Shown: positions 40,034 through 48,095 of the stretch, in pieces
How positions within the stretch are numbered: position 1 is the first letter of the stretch
How the letters are laid out: every line of letters begins with the position of its first letter
Assembly (NCBI GenBank): GCA_041742825.1
Contig: JBGTNX010000034.1
Location: 105-64,104, forward strand
Reading direction: 5' to 3'
DNA length: 64,000 bases
Source: Acidimicrobiia bacterium
Lineage (GTDB): Bacteria > Actinomycetota > Acidimicrobiia > Spongiisociales > ZC4RG35
Program-made: the position numbers and the translations under genes
The notes under the pieces: generated by a model
The model's input: the letters and a program-made list of their open reading frames with translations, nothing else
Told to the model about the DNA's origin: nothing
The model's database searches: none

Positions 40034-41109
40034 GCGATGACATCTTCTCCAAACTCTTCGAGCTCTTTGACCAGCCAGGCCCCATCAACTGGAAGCTCGC
40101 CGCGGAGGTCGCCCGGAGCATCACCGGTGAACGTGTGCCCGTCGAGCCGTGGGCGGCGGAGGAGTACCGGGAGCTGGCGCGTCTCATCGAATACCGGCTG
40201 GAGCCGATCTCGCCCTTCCGGGTGACACCAGCAACAGACGTGACACCTGTCGATTCCAGGGAGTGGGCAGAAACCCACCTGGAGAGCTACGGCAGAGTTG
40301 TGGAACCCTTCGGCGACTCGGTTACCGGTGAAGGCCCCGCCGCACCGCTGATGGCCCAACTCAAGCCGGCGATGATCGGCCTCCAGGTCGGGTCCCTGGT
40401 CGGATCCCTGTCCACCTGGAGCGTTGCGACTTTCGACGCTGGGATCCCCCCGGATCGGCCGGGGCCCCTGTCGATCATCGCCCCCAACGTGGACAAGCTG
40501 CTCGCCGCCACCGAGATCGACGAGAAAGAGGTCAGGCTCTGGGTTGTCGCCAACGAAGTCGCCTTCCGCGCGGTCAGCGACATCCCCTGGATTCAAGACC
40601 ATCTGGCCCGCCTCGTCGAACGTTATGCAGAGGCGGTCAAGATCGATCCAACCCAGCTCAGCGGGCTGATGATGGGTGGAGCCGACCCGGCTGCAATCGA
40701 GGCCGCAATCGAAGAAGCCGGTGGGATCGAGCAGTTCGTTGGAGGCGAAGAGGCCGAAGGCCCCCGCCTCGAGCTCGAGGCATTCCTCGGCACGATCACC
40801 GGCTGCGCCCGGCTCCTCGCCCGGCGGAGCACTGCTGAGCTGTCGCTGAACTTCGACGCCATTTCGGCGGATCGCGATCTTCTCCGCGAGACCGACCTCG
40901 ATGCCGCCCCGGGTCTGATCGGTGTCGGGGCGGTTCCGCCCGAAGTGACCGTCCTCGGGGACGCTTTCAATCAGGAAGTGGAGACCCGTTACGGTAACGA
41001 TGCGCTGATGACCCTCTGGTCCGACCCGACTCGGATGCCGTCGGCGGCCGAACTCAGAGACCCCACGGCCTGGGCTGCCAGAGTCCTACTAGACGGCTGG
41101 AACGCCTAG
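40030..41109 (+). CDS. DUF2342/zinc-metalloprotease-family protein with a degenerate HExxH site
   Basis: 359 aa, ATGA overlap with the HtrA-like gene. The N-terminus LFELFDQPGPINWKLAAEVA is typical of the family. NEVAF (VVANEVAFRAVSDIPWIQDHL) stands where HExxH is expected. Confidence 0.75.
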   Translation: MSDDIFSKLFELFDQPGPINWKLAAEVARSITGERVPVEPWAAEEYRELARLIEYRLEPISPFRVTPATDVTPVDSREWAETHLESYGRVVEPFGDSVTGEGPAAPLMAQLKPAMIGLQVGSLVGSLSTWSVATFDAGIPPDRPGPLSIIAPNVDKLLAATEIDEKEVRLWVVANEVAFRAVSDIPWIQDHLARLVERYAEAVKIDPTQLSGLMMGGADPAAIEAAIEEAGGIEQFVGGEEAEGPRLELEAFLGTITGCARLLARRSTAELSLNFDAISADRDLLRETDLDAAPGLIGVGAVPPEVTVLGDAFNQEVETRYGNDALMTLWSDPTRMPSAAELRDPTAWAARVLLDGWNA

Positions 41110-41216
41110 CGAGCAGCCGACAAAGGAGGGCTGAGGGAGGAGGGAGAGGTCCGCTCGGGCTGGGAGCTCGCGTGCCGTCGATGGGTACGCCCCACCCTCC
41201 CCTCCGACCTAGAAGG

Positions 41217-41459
41217 TCGGAGGTACTCCCTCCGCAAGCGGAGGGAGAGAATCGGTTGTCGGAGGGAGAGAATCGGTTGTCGGAGGTACTCCCTCCGCAA
41301 GCGGAGGGAGAGAATCGGTTGTCGGAGGTACTCCCTCCGCAAGCGGAGGGAGAGAATCGGTTGCGGAGGGAGAGAATCGGTTGTCGGAGGTACTCCCTCC
41401 GCAAGCGGAGGGAGAGAATCGGTTGTCTGAGGTACTCCCTCCGCAAGCGGAGGGAGAGA
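41217..41459. repeat. Tandem array of a 42-nt hairpin-forming unit (4 full, 1 truncated, 2 half units)
   Basis: The unit is TCGGAGGTACTCCCTCCGCAAGCGGAGGGAGAGAATCGGTTG. Full units lie at 41217-41258, 41280-41321, 41322-41363 and 41384-41425. Half units (internal 21-nt deletion) lie at 41259-41279 and 41364-41383. A variant truncated unit lies at 41426-41459. Each full unit contains CTCCCTCCG-CAAG-CGGAGGGAG (a 9-bp stem). Confidence 0.9.
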
Positions 41460-41515
41460 CGCGTGTCGAGGTACCCAGCAGTAAAGGGTGGGAGAGCTGC
41501 AACCAGAAGGAGTCC

Positions 41516-42445
41516 TTACCCGAACAGGTTTCTCCATAGTTTGCGGAAGAAGCCGGCGTCGTATGGGGAGGGGAGTTCCTCGAGGACCTGGTTGTGCATG
41601 TCCGGGGGCAGGTCACCGATCAAGGCCATCCCTCCACCCTGGACCGGCCACGTGTAGGTGACCTGTCCGGGGCTGAATTCGCGCAGGTAGTTGTCGCCAT
41701 CGACGAGATGGCCCACTCCTCCTTCGAGCACGATCTCGACTGTGCTTTCGAATACTGCGAACGAGAAGAAGCCATCGGAGTAATACCCGAAGGTGAGGCC
41801 GGCGTCGTCGACGTAAGCATCGAGCAACGCGAAGCCTCCGATGCGTACGGGGAGAAGGCTCGCGGAGTTCACTTCCAGTTCCTCGCTCGGGCCGGTCTCG
41901 GAGATCTCCCACTCGGGAGCCTGCGGGTCGAATGAGACGAAACGCCGCTCACAGTACGGCTCGCCATCGCCATCGAATGTCGTGACCACAAGCAGCACAC
42001 CGGTCTCCATATCGACGACGAGCTCTGCACGGGGAACGTCGCCATCGAGAAGTTCGTAGCGAGTGGCGGTGCGCCCCAGATAGGACACTTCCTCTGTCTC
42101 CTCAACCGTGTAGGCCTCGGCGGCTAGCTGGTCGTCTTCCGCCGCTTCGTCGCCTGACACTGTGGCGCTATCGACGACGGACCCGTCTGATTGCACTACC
42201 CATCCGCCGTAGCCCGACCACACCTGCGGGCCCGACTCGCTCTTGCCTCCGTACCGCACCTCTCCACCGCGCTGCTCGAGCTCGATGAGGGCATCGCGGG
42301 TTCCGTCGGGAGTGGAGCAGCTGATCAGCTGTTCGGCTGAGTAAGAGGCCGAGCGGGATTCCTCGAGCAACTCGTCGAGATCGACGGCAAGGGCAACGCT
42401 CTGCGGCATCATCATCACCAGGACGAGTACGACCAACCGTTTCAT
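41516..42445 (-). CDS. MucB/RseB-like sigma-E regulatory protein (secreted)
   Basis: 309 aa with a signal peptide. It is the last gene of the sigma/anti-sigma operon, with a 4-nt overlap. Its two-domain pattern resembles the RseB/LolA-like fold, recognised from memory only. Confidence 0.6.
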   Translation of the reverse strand: MKRLVVLVLVMMMPQSVALAVDLDELLEESRSASYSAEQLISCSTPDGTRDALIELEQRGGEVRYGGKSESGPQVWSGYGGWVVQSDGSVVDSATVSGDEAAEDDQLAAEAYTVEETEEVSYLGRTATRYELLDGDVPRAELVVDMETGVLLVVTTFDGDGEPYCERRFVSFDPQAPEWEISETGPSEELEVNSASLLPVRIGGFALLDAYVDDAGLTFGYYSDGFFSFAVFESTVEIVLEGGVGHLVDGDNYLREFSPGQVTYTWPVQGGGMALIGDLPPDMHNQVLEELPSPYDAGFFRKLWRNLFG

Positions 42446-42849
42446 TCGGGAAGCTCGATGAGGTCGGGAAGAATCACCTTCGCCGGTCCGAAGGCCGGAT
42501 CTAGGGACACCCTGGCGGCGAAACGGGAGTTGAGGTCGTCCGCTGAGATCGTCGTCGCCGGAGGCGTTACCAGGGCGGCAATCGCAATCACCGCGATGAC
42601 GACCGCAGCCGCAGCGCTTGCCCAGAATCCGCGATTCCGATGCAATGGCAGAACCTCAGCCAGAGGGACCAGGCCTTCAGGCACTTCCATAACCGGAAGC
42701 GAACGGACGGCCGCCCTCACGTGCTGGATCTCGATCAATTCGTTGGAACAGCGTCCGCATTCACCCAGGTGCTGGAGAAGGCCCCGGAGTTCGCTCCCCC
42801 CGAGCTCACCGTCGAGATAGGCGCCGATCAGTTCACTCGAGTGCCTCAT
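42442..42849 (-). CDS. Anti-sigma factor (zf-HC2, RseA/RsrA-like) with one TM helix
   Basis: It has the HLGECGRCSNEL motif and 4-nt overlaps on both sides. Confidence 0.8.
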   Translation of the reverse strand: MRHSSELIGAYLDGELGGSELRGLLQHLGECGRCSNELIEIQHVRAAVRSLPVMEVPEGLVPLAEVLPLHRNRGFWASAAAAVVIAVIAIAALVTPPATTISADDLNSRFAARVSLDPAFGPAKVILPDLIELPE

Positions 42850-43349
42850 GACAGGCTCTCTCTCAGCAGTCTCCGACCGCGATGGATCCTGCTCCGAACC
42901 GTACCGACCGGAACTGCGACTGCCGCGGCGATCTCGTCATAACTCAGCCCGACCACGTCACACATCACGACCGCCTCGCGAAATTCGAAAGGCAGCTCGA
43001 GCAGCGCCTTTTGGATGTCGTCGCCGAGATTGACACGCGCATATTCCACGTCTGCACCTGGAGATTGAGCGAGGCTCCAGCGGTCGACTTCATCGGGCAG
43101 CGGCGTGGTTGGTCGACGGTTTTCCTTGCGCACGTTGTCGAGAAAGGCGTTTCTCGTGATCCGCCACAACCAACCTTCGAAACTGCCTGGCTGGTATTGC
43201 TCGAGGCCCTTGCGGACACGGAGGAGCACTTCCTGTACGAGGTCGGCAGCGTCGTTTGGATTGCCCGTGAGGCGATAGGCAAAGTTGTAGATCTTCCGTC
43301 CGTAAACACGCGCTACTTCTTCCCAGGTCAGTGGTGCAGATTCAGTCAC
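42846..43349 (-). CDS. ECF RNA polymerase sigma factor (SigE-like)
   Basis: 167 aa with region 2 (DLVQEVLLRV) and region 4 (LSYDEIAAAVAVPVGTVRSRIHRGR). Confidence 0.9.
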   Translation of the reverse strand: MTESAPLTWEEVARVYGRKIYNFAYRLTGNPNDAADLVQEVLLRVRKGLEQYQPGSFEGWLWRITRNAFLDNVRKENRRPTTPLPDEVDRWSLAQSPGADVEYARVNLGDDIQKALLELPFEFREAVVMCDVVGLSYDEIAAAVAVPVGTVRSRIHRGRRLLRESLS

Positions 43350-43367
43350 TAACTATTCACCCCCATG

Positions 43368-43393
43368 AACGCCACCGGAGGTAGATAGGTTCC
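43368..43393 (-). promoter_or_regulatory. Candidate ECF-type autoregulatory promoter GGAAC-N17-CGTT
   Basis: The minus strand reads GGGAACCTATCTACCTCCGGTGGCGTTCATGGGGGTGAATAGTTA-GTG. It lies immediately upstream of the SigE-like start. Confidence 0.35.
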
Positions 43394-43610
43394 CGGTGCC
43401 CTATCCAGCGGATCGTGCGTGTATTGCAACGGCCCTTGTCGCCCCTGGCGGCGACCTCGCACTTGATGCACGGCCCGGTGCGCCTGCATCCTGCGTCCTT
43501 GCCAGGAACGACAATGCGGATTCCATCCGTTGGAGTTTGAAATATCAAGCGAATCCACCGGACAGGACTCTGGAATCGGAAAAGATCTGGGCGGAAATTC
43601 CTGGACGCGT

Positions 43611-43781
43611 CTATGAATCGGGTGTATTGGCCTCTGACTCTTCGTCGACGCCTTTGTCGAGCCCCTTGCGGAACTCTTTCGCCGATGCCCCCAGCGAACG
43701 AGCGAGATCGGGAAGCTTCCGTGCACCGAAGATCAGAACCACGACGAGCAGAACGATCAGCCATTCCTGTCCTCTGAGCAA
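43611..43781 (-). CDS. tatA: Twin-arginine translocase subunit TatA/E (56 aa, absent from the ORF track)
   Basis: TTG start 6 nt after GAAGGAGG. The product is LRGQEWLIVLLVVVLIFGARKLPDLARSLGASAKEFRKGLDKGVDEESEANTPDS, carrying the FG-x2-KLP signature. Confidence 0.8.
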   Translation of the reverse strand: MLRGQEWLIVLLVVVLIFGARKLPDLARSLGASAKEFRKGLDKGVDEESEANTPDS

Positions 43782-43825
43782 AACCGACCTCCTTCGACTG
43801 CAATCAGACTACCCAGCGGAGTGTG

Positions 43826-44749
43826 TTAGCTAATGGCCATCGAGTCAATGAACTCCTGGAGCCGCTCCCGGGTGATGAACCGGAGCCTGGGCTCGTTGCG
43901 CTCGATGTCGTAGATCATGAAAGGGGCGTACTTCTCGCTGACGAACACACCACGTCTCGCTCCGGACATGGCGAACCGGCCGGCGAAAGCCCGGACCCGG
44001 CCTTCATCGACTTCGGGGTGATCGCCCGGGTTGTATCCCTCGACCACGACCAAAGTTGTCTCTCCGTCTTTTATCGCGTTGAACACTCCCGGCTCCGGCG
44101 AGGCCTCGACCTGATAGCCGAAGAGTTTGAGGAGGCCGAGGATCACCTCCTGTCCGCTCGCCCGGTCGATATCGACGCCCGCGGCCCGCAGTCCTCGCTG
44201 TAGGCCCTTGGGGATCTTCAGCTCCTTGCCGATTGCCGGCAATTCGTCGGCCGGAACCTTCGACTTCGTCTCGTAGGTGGCTGCTGGCTGGAAGTCCGAA
44301 TCCGCCTTGAAAGGGTCGGGTGCCACATTTCCCAGATGGAGGAGGCTCACAGGAGGAGGCGGTGGAAGCACACCTGGCGAGGGCAGTTTGGCGCGGGCTA
44401 CCTGGCGTGGGGAGCCTCTTCCGGCAAAGACCACAACTTCGTGGACGTCGGCAATAGGGAGGCTGTGTTTCTTGTCCCGAAGCACTTCCATAGCCTCGTC
44501 GAGCAGAATCTCGTTGAGAACCTCGTCGTCTTCGTCATCGAGAGGCACGTCGAAGGTAACGCGCGCTTCGGATCCAACCACATGAAACTCGGAAACCGGG
44601 GCGCGCTGCACCGCACTCCTGGCACCAGCATCTTTCTCCCCTACAGTGGAAACCTCTCCCAAATGCTCAGCGGTTCGGTTCTTCAGCCAGTTGCGGCCGA
44701 CAACAACCAGAACCACAACAACAATCAACGCCAGAATGGCCTCAGGCAT
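43826..44749 (-). CDS. Membrane-anchored hypothetical protein with a restriction-endonuclease-like (Mrr_cat-like) C-terminal domain
   Basis: 307 aa. It has an N-terminal TM helix, a Pro-rich linker, and a C-terminal pattern LGLLKLFGYQVE...DGETTLVVVEGY...RGVFVSEKYAP. It overlaps the upstream ClC gene by 8 nt. Confidence 0.7.
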   Translation of the reverse strand: MPEAILALIVVVVLVVVGRNWLKNRTAEHLGEVSTVGEKDAGARSAVQRAPVSEFHVVGSEARVTFDVPLDDEDDEVLNEILLDEAMEVLRDKKHSLPIADVHEVVVFAGRGSPRQVARAKLPSPGVLPPPPPVSLLHLGNVAPDPFKADSDFQPAATYETKSKVPADELPAIGKELKIPKGLQRGLRAAGVDIDRASGQEVILGLLKLFGYQVEASPEPGVFNAIKDGETTLVVVEGYNPGDHPEVDEGRVRAFAGRFAMSGARRGVFVSEKYAPFMIYDIERNEPRLRFITRERLQEFIDSMAIS

Positions 44750-46892
44750 CGGATCCTCTTTCTTCGCTCACCGAATCAGTGTCCAATTCATCCTGGAGAC
44801 TAGGCGAAACCGACTCGATCACAACGATCGGGATCTCAGCGGTGGGCTCATCCGCACCTGAGTTGAGCCGGTCGATCACCCGCTGCTTCGAGGATCCGGT
44901 ACCGAATGCCGTAACGACGTCCCCGTTGTGGAGAACGGTCGAGCCGTCAGGGACGAGGACCTGGCGGTCCCGCCGCACCGACACCAGCGTCGAGCCTTCG
45001 GGCCAACTCACTTCCCCAACCTTCCGGCCGTCGGCCATGGAGCCGGGGGGAATGCGGAAGTCGTAGTAGCCGGCGCCGGGATCGACCCGTTGTGCCAGCC
45101 GGGCCCGTTCCAGACCGGCATCGGTCGAAGACCCGAGCGCCTCGTGATAGGCGCGCACTGCGTCTTCACGCCGGAACAGCCCGACCAACCTGGTGGGGTC
45201 GTGCTCGTCGACCACGGGGAGGCGGCCGACACCGAGCACGGCCATCCGCTCCAACGCCTGAGATACCGGACTGCTCGGGACCACTGTGACCGGTCGTGGG
45301 GTCATCACCTGTTCGACTCTCACTGTTGAATGGTCTTTTTCAGACCGGTTGATGTCGGTGACGGTGATAATCCCGACCAGGCCCAAATCCCCAACCACCG
45401 CAGTCCCGTGGGAGCGGTGCCTGGTGAGGTTTGCCGTGGCCGCTTCCAGAGTCTCCTCCGGTCTCGCCACGTAGCCCGGCAAGCGCATCACCCGACTCAC
45501 CGTGATTGTGTCGAGAAGATCGACGTCACCCGTCGCCCGGATCCGGATTCCCTTCCGTTTCAGGGCGAGGGAGTAGACCGAGTCCGGCGAGAGTCGGTCG
45601 GCCAGGAACGTCCCGAGGACGGCGGCAAGCATCAGAGGGAGAATCAGCCCGTAGTCACGCGCACCGGTGATCTCGAACACAATCAAGATGGCAGTCAGCG
45701 GAGCGCGCCCCACCACAGCGAACATTGCGGCCATACCAACTACTGCGAAGGCCCCGGGTTCGAGGTCGAAGGCAAAGACAGGATCAAAGATCCTGGCAAA
45801 GGCGGTGCCGACGGCCGCGCCCATGAAGAGCGACGGCATGAATGCCCCTCCGGAGGCCCCCGACGAGATGGTCAGGGAGGTCGCAACCGCCTTGCCCACA
45901 GCGAGAAGGATGAGCACCCACCAGAAGATCTCTCCTTCGCCGGTCACCGCGGAGAGCCGCTCTGCGTTGAGGAGGGCATTTGTCACTTCCTGTCCGGTTC
46001 CAAAGAGCCGGGGCTCGATCATGATCAGGCCCGCTACCAGCAGGCCCGCCCCAACCGGTTTCAGGAATCCCAGCCTGGCATTGTGCTCGGCAGCGAAGCT
46101 CTCGATTGCATCGAGCATTCGCAGGAACAGAACCCCGATGACCACGATCGCCAGTGCCATGGCCGCGTACGCAAAGAGTTCCATGAAGTTGCCCAACTGA
46201 TACCGGCCCGCCTGGATGACCAGTTCCTCGCCCGAATCGAGGACCGCGAGCAGGAGGCTCCGGGACGTGACTGCGGCAGTAACCGAGGCGATGACGATGG
46301 CGGACATGTGCCGGGTGGCGAAGCTACCCAGGATGACCTCGAGAGCGAACAGCATCCCGGCGATGGGAGCGTTGAATGCCGCACCGATACCGGCACCGGC
46401 GCCAGCCGCTACCAGCGAGCGCACCTGGTCTTCCCCGAGCCGGAACCAGCGCGAGATGACACTCCCCACCGCACCGCCGATGTGGACGATCGGACCCTCG
46501 CGCCCGGCGGAGCCACCTGAACCGACGGTGAGCGAGGTGGCGATGATCTTCAGCGGGAAGACCCGTTTTCGAATGTGGCCTCCGGTAACCGCCAGCGCCG
46601 CCGCCGCCTCGGGAACGCCGTCTCCCGCGATCTCCGGTGCGAAGCTTCGCGCCAGCCACCAGGCAAGGAGGAACCCGATCGGCACCGTCAGCAGGATCCA
46701 GACCGAGCCATCGTGGATCCGCAGGCCCGAGGTCAGGTGAGCGATAACCTCCAGCAGGAGGACCAAGGCCACGGCACCGAGGCCGACACCCACCCCGACG
46801 AGGGCGGATACCAGGAGGAAACGGCTCGTTTCCTTCTGTGCGATAACGCCAACAGCGGGCAGCTTCTTGATTGCTTCGATCGGGCCGGTCAT
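44742..46892 (-). CDS. ClC-family chloride channel/transporter with CBS pair and TrkA-C (RCK_C) domains
   Basis: 716 aa. It has GSGGSAGREGP and GAFMPS selectivity motifs, then two CBS domains and a C-terminal RCK_C-like segment. Confidence 0.9.
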   Translation of the reverse strand: MTGPIEAIKKLPAVGVIAQKETSRFLLVSALVGVGVGLGAVALVLLLEVIAHLTSGLRIHDGSVWILLTVPIGFLLAWWLARSFAPEIAGDGVPEAAAALAVTGGHIRKRVFPLKIIATSLTVGSGGSAGREGPIVHIGGAVGSVISRWFRLGEDQVRSLVAAGAGAGIGAAFNAPIAGMLFALEVILGSFATRHMSAIVIASVTAAVTSRSLLLAVLDSGEELVIQAGRYQLGNFMELFAYAAMALAIVVIGVLFLRMLDAIESFAAEHNARLGFLKPVGAGLLVAGLIMIEPRLFGTGQEVTNALLNAERLSAVTGEGEIFWWVLILLAVGKAVATSLTISSGASGGAFMPSLFMGAAVGTAFARIFDPVFAFDLEPGAFAVVGMAAMFAVVGRAPLTAILIVFEITGARDYGLILPLMLAAVLGTFLADRLSPDSVYSLALKRKGIRIRATGDVDLLDTITVSRVMRLPGYVARPEETLEAATANLTRHRSHGTAVVGDLGLVGIITVTDINRSEKDHSTVRVEQVMTPRPVTVVPSSPVSQALERMAVLGVGRLPVVDEHDPTRLVGLFRREDAVRAYHEALGSSTDAGLERARLAQRVDPGAGYYDFRIPPGSMADGRKVGEVSWPEGSTLVSVRRDRQVLVPDGSTVLHNGDVVTAFGTGSSKQRVIDRLNSGADEPTAEIPIVVIESVSPSLQDELDTDSVSEERGSDA

Positions 46893-47001
46893 CAGAGGTG
46901 ACGGTAATTGCGGGCACCTGCGGTGCCACGGCCATCAGGGCGATTCCTCGAACCGATCAGGCCCGTTGAACGAGCCCCGCAAGTCGTCGTAGCATCCTGT
47001 C

Positions 47002-47679
47002 GTGGCACCGCAGACCGACTGGAACCCGCTTTTGGCAGATGAACTGACCAAGCCCTACTGGTCCGATCTGATGGCTTTTGTCGAAGCGGAACGGGTGAAA
47101 CACACCGTCTATCCGCCGGAACCGGAAGTCTTTGCGGCCCTGCACATGACCCCGCACACATCCGTCAAGGCGATGATCCTTGGTCAGGATCCCTACCACG
47201 GCGCCGGCCAGGCCCACGGGCTCTGCTTCTCGGTCCGCGCCGGCGTGGCCCCACCACCCTCTCTGGTCAACATCCACCAGGAACTCGAGACCGACACCGG
47301 CTGTCCGGTGCCGGAGCACGGCTCGCTCGAGCATTGGGCACAGCAGGGGGTGCTCCTCCTCAACGCCACTCTCACAGTCCGGGCCCACAACGCGGCCAGT
47401 CACCAGAAGAAGGGTTGGGAGATATTCACCGACCAGGTCATCCGATCTGTCAACGCCAAGAATGACCGGGTGGTCTTCATCCTCTGGGGATCCTCAGCCC
47501 GTCAGAAGAAGGCGTTCATCGACACCAGCCGACACACGATCATCGAGTCGCCCCATCCCTCCCCTTTGTCCGCCCATCGCGGCTTCTTTGGCAGCCGCCC
47601 CTTCTCGCGGGCGAACGCGGCACTCGAGGCCGCCGACCGGGAACCGATCGACTGGTGCCTCCCGACATCGACTCAGTAA
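47002..47679 (+). CDS. ung: Uracil-DNA glycosylase (family 1)
   Basis: 225 aa with GQDPYHG, LLLN and HPSPLSA motifs. Confidence 0.95.
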   Translation: MAPQTDWNPLLADELTKPYWSDLMAFVEAERVKHTVYPPEPEVFAALHMTPHTSVKAMILGQDPYHGAGQAHGLCFSVRAGVAPPPSLVNIHQELETDTGCPVPEHGSLEHWAQQGVLLLNATLTVRAHNAASHQKKGWEIFTDQVIRSVNAKNDRVVFILWGSSARQKKAFIDTSRHTIIESPHPSPLSAHRGFFGSRPFSRANAALEAADREPIDWCLPTSTQ

Positions 47680-47746
47680 GTGCTCGGCGTGTCGCGGAAA
47701 ACGCAACTGCACGCACGCTGGAGTCCCGGTGCGGTACCGTTGCGGC

Positions 47747-47965
47747 ATGTGCCGCTCCATCAAATTGCTAAGAGACGGGGCAGACCCGGCACCTTCGGAG
47801 GAAGTGGAGGCAGCAGCACTCCAGTTCGTCCGGAAGATCAGCGGGTTCCGCCAACCGGCCTCACATAACCAGGAAGTGTTCGACAGGGCAGTAGCCGACA
47901 TCGCCCGAATCTCTGAAGACCTCCTCGAGGGCCTCGAGATCCGGGGTGGCAGAAAGAGTGCCTGA
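47747..47965 (+). CDS. DUF2277 domain-containing protein
   Basis: 72 aa. MCRSIKLLRDGADPAPSEEVEAAALQFVRKISGF matches the conserved DUF2277 N-terminus (MCRNIK...YVRKVSG). Confidence 0.75.
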   Translation: MCRSIKLLRDGADPAPSEEVEAAALQFVRKISGFRQPASHNQEVFDRAVADIARISEDLLEGLEIRGGRKSA

Positions 47966-48095
47966 GAACCTGCCGTCAGTGCGTCAGGGTTGATCAACTT
48001 CCAGTTCCCTTCGGAGACAACCTCGACGGTGCTGCCGATCACATTGATGGCCGTCCGATCGTCTATTGCGTACGTCGGGACCGGTCCGCTCCAGA

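Noticed and set aside
41054-41657. Four overlapping ORFs (41054-41446 -, 41106-41537 -, 41209-41616 -, 41172-41657 +) encoding repetitive peptides. Also considered whether the repeats form a CRISPR array.
   Set aside because: All frames are open only because the 42-nt (3n) unit lacks stop codons. The ORFs overlap each other and the 3' end of the RseB-like gene. The units are directly tandem with no unique spacers and no cas genes, so this is not CRISPR.
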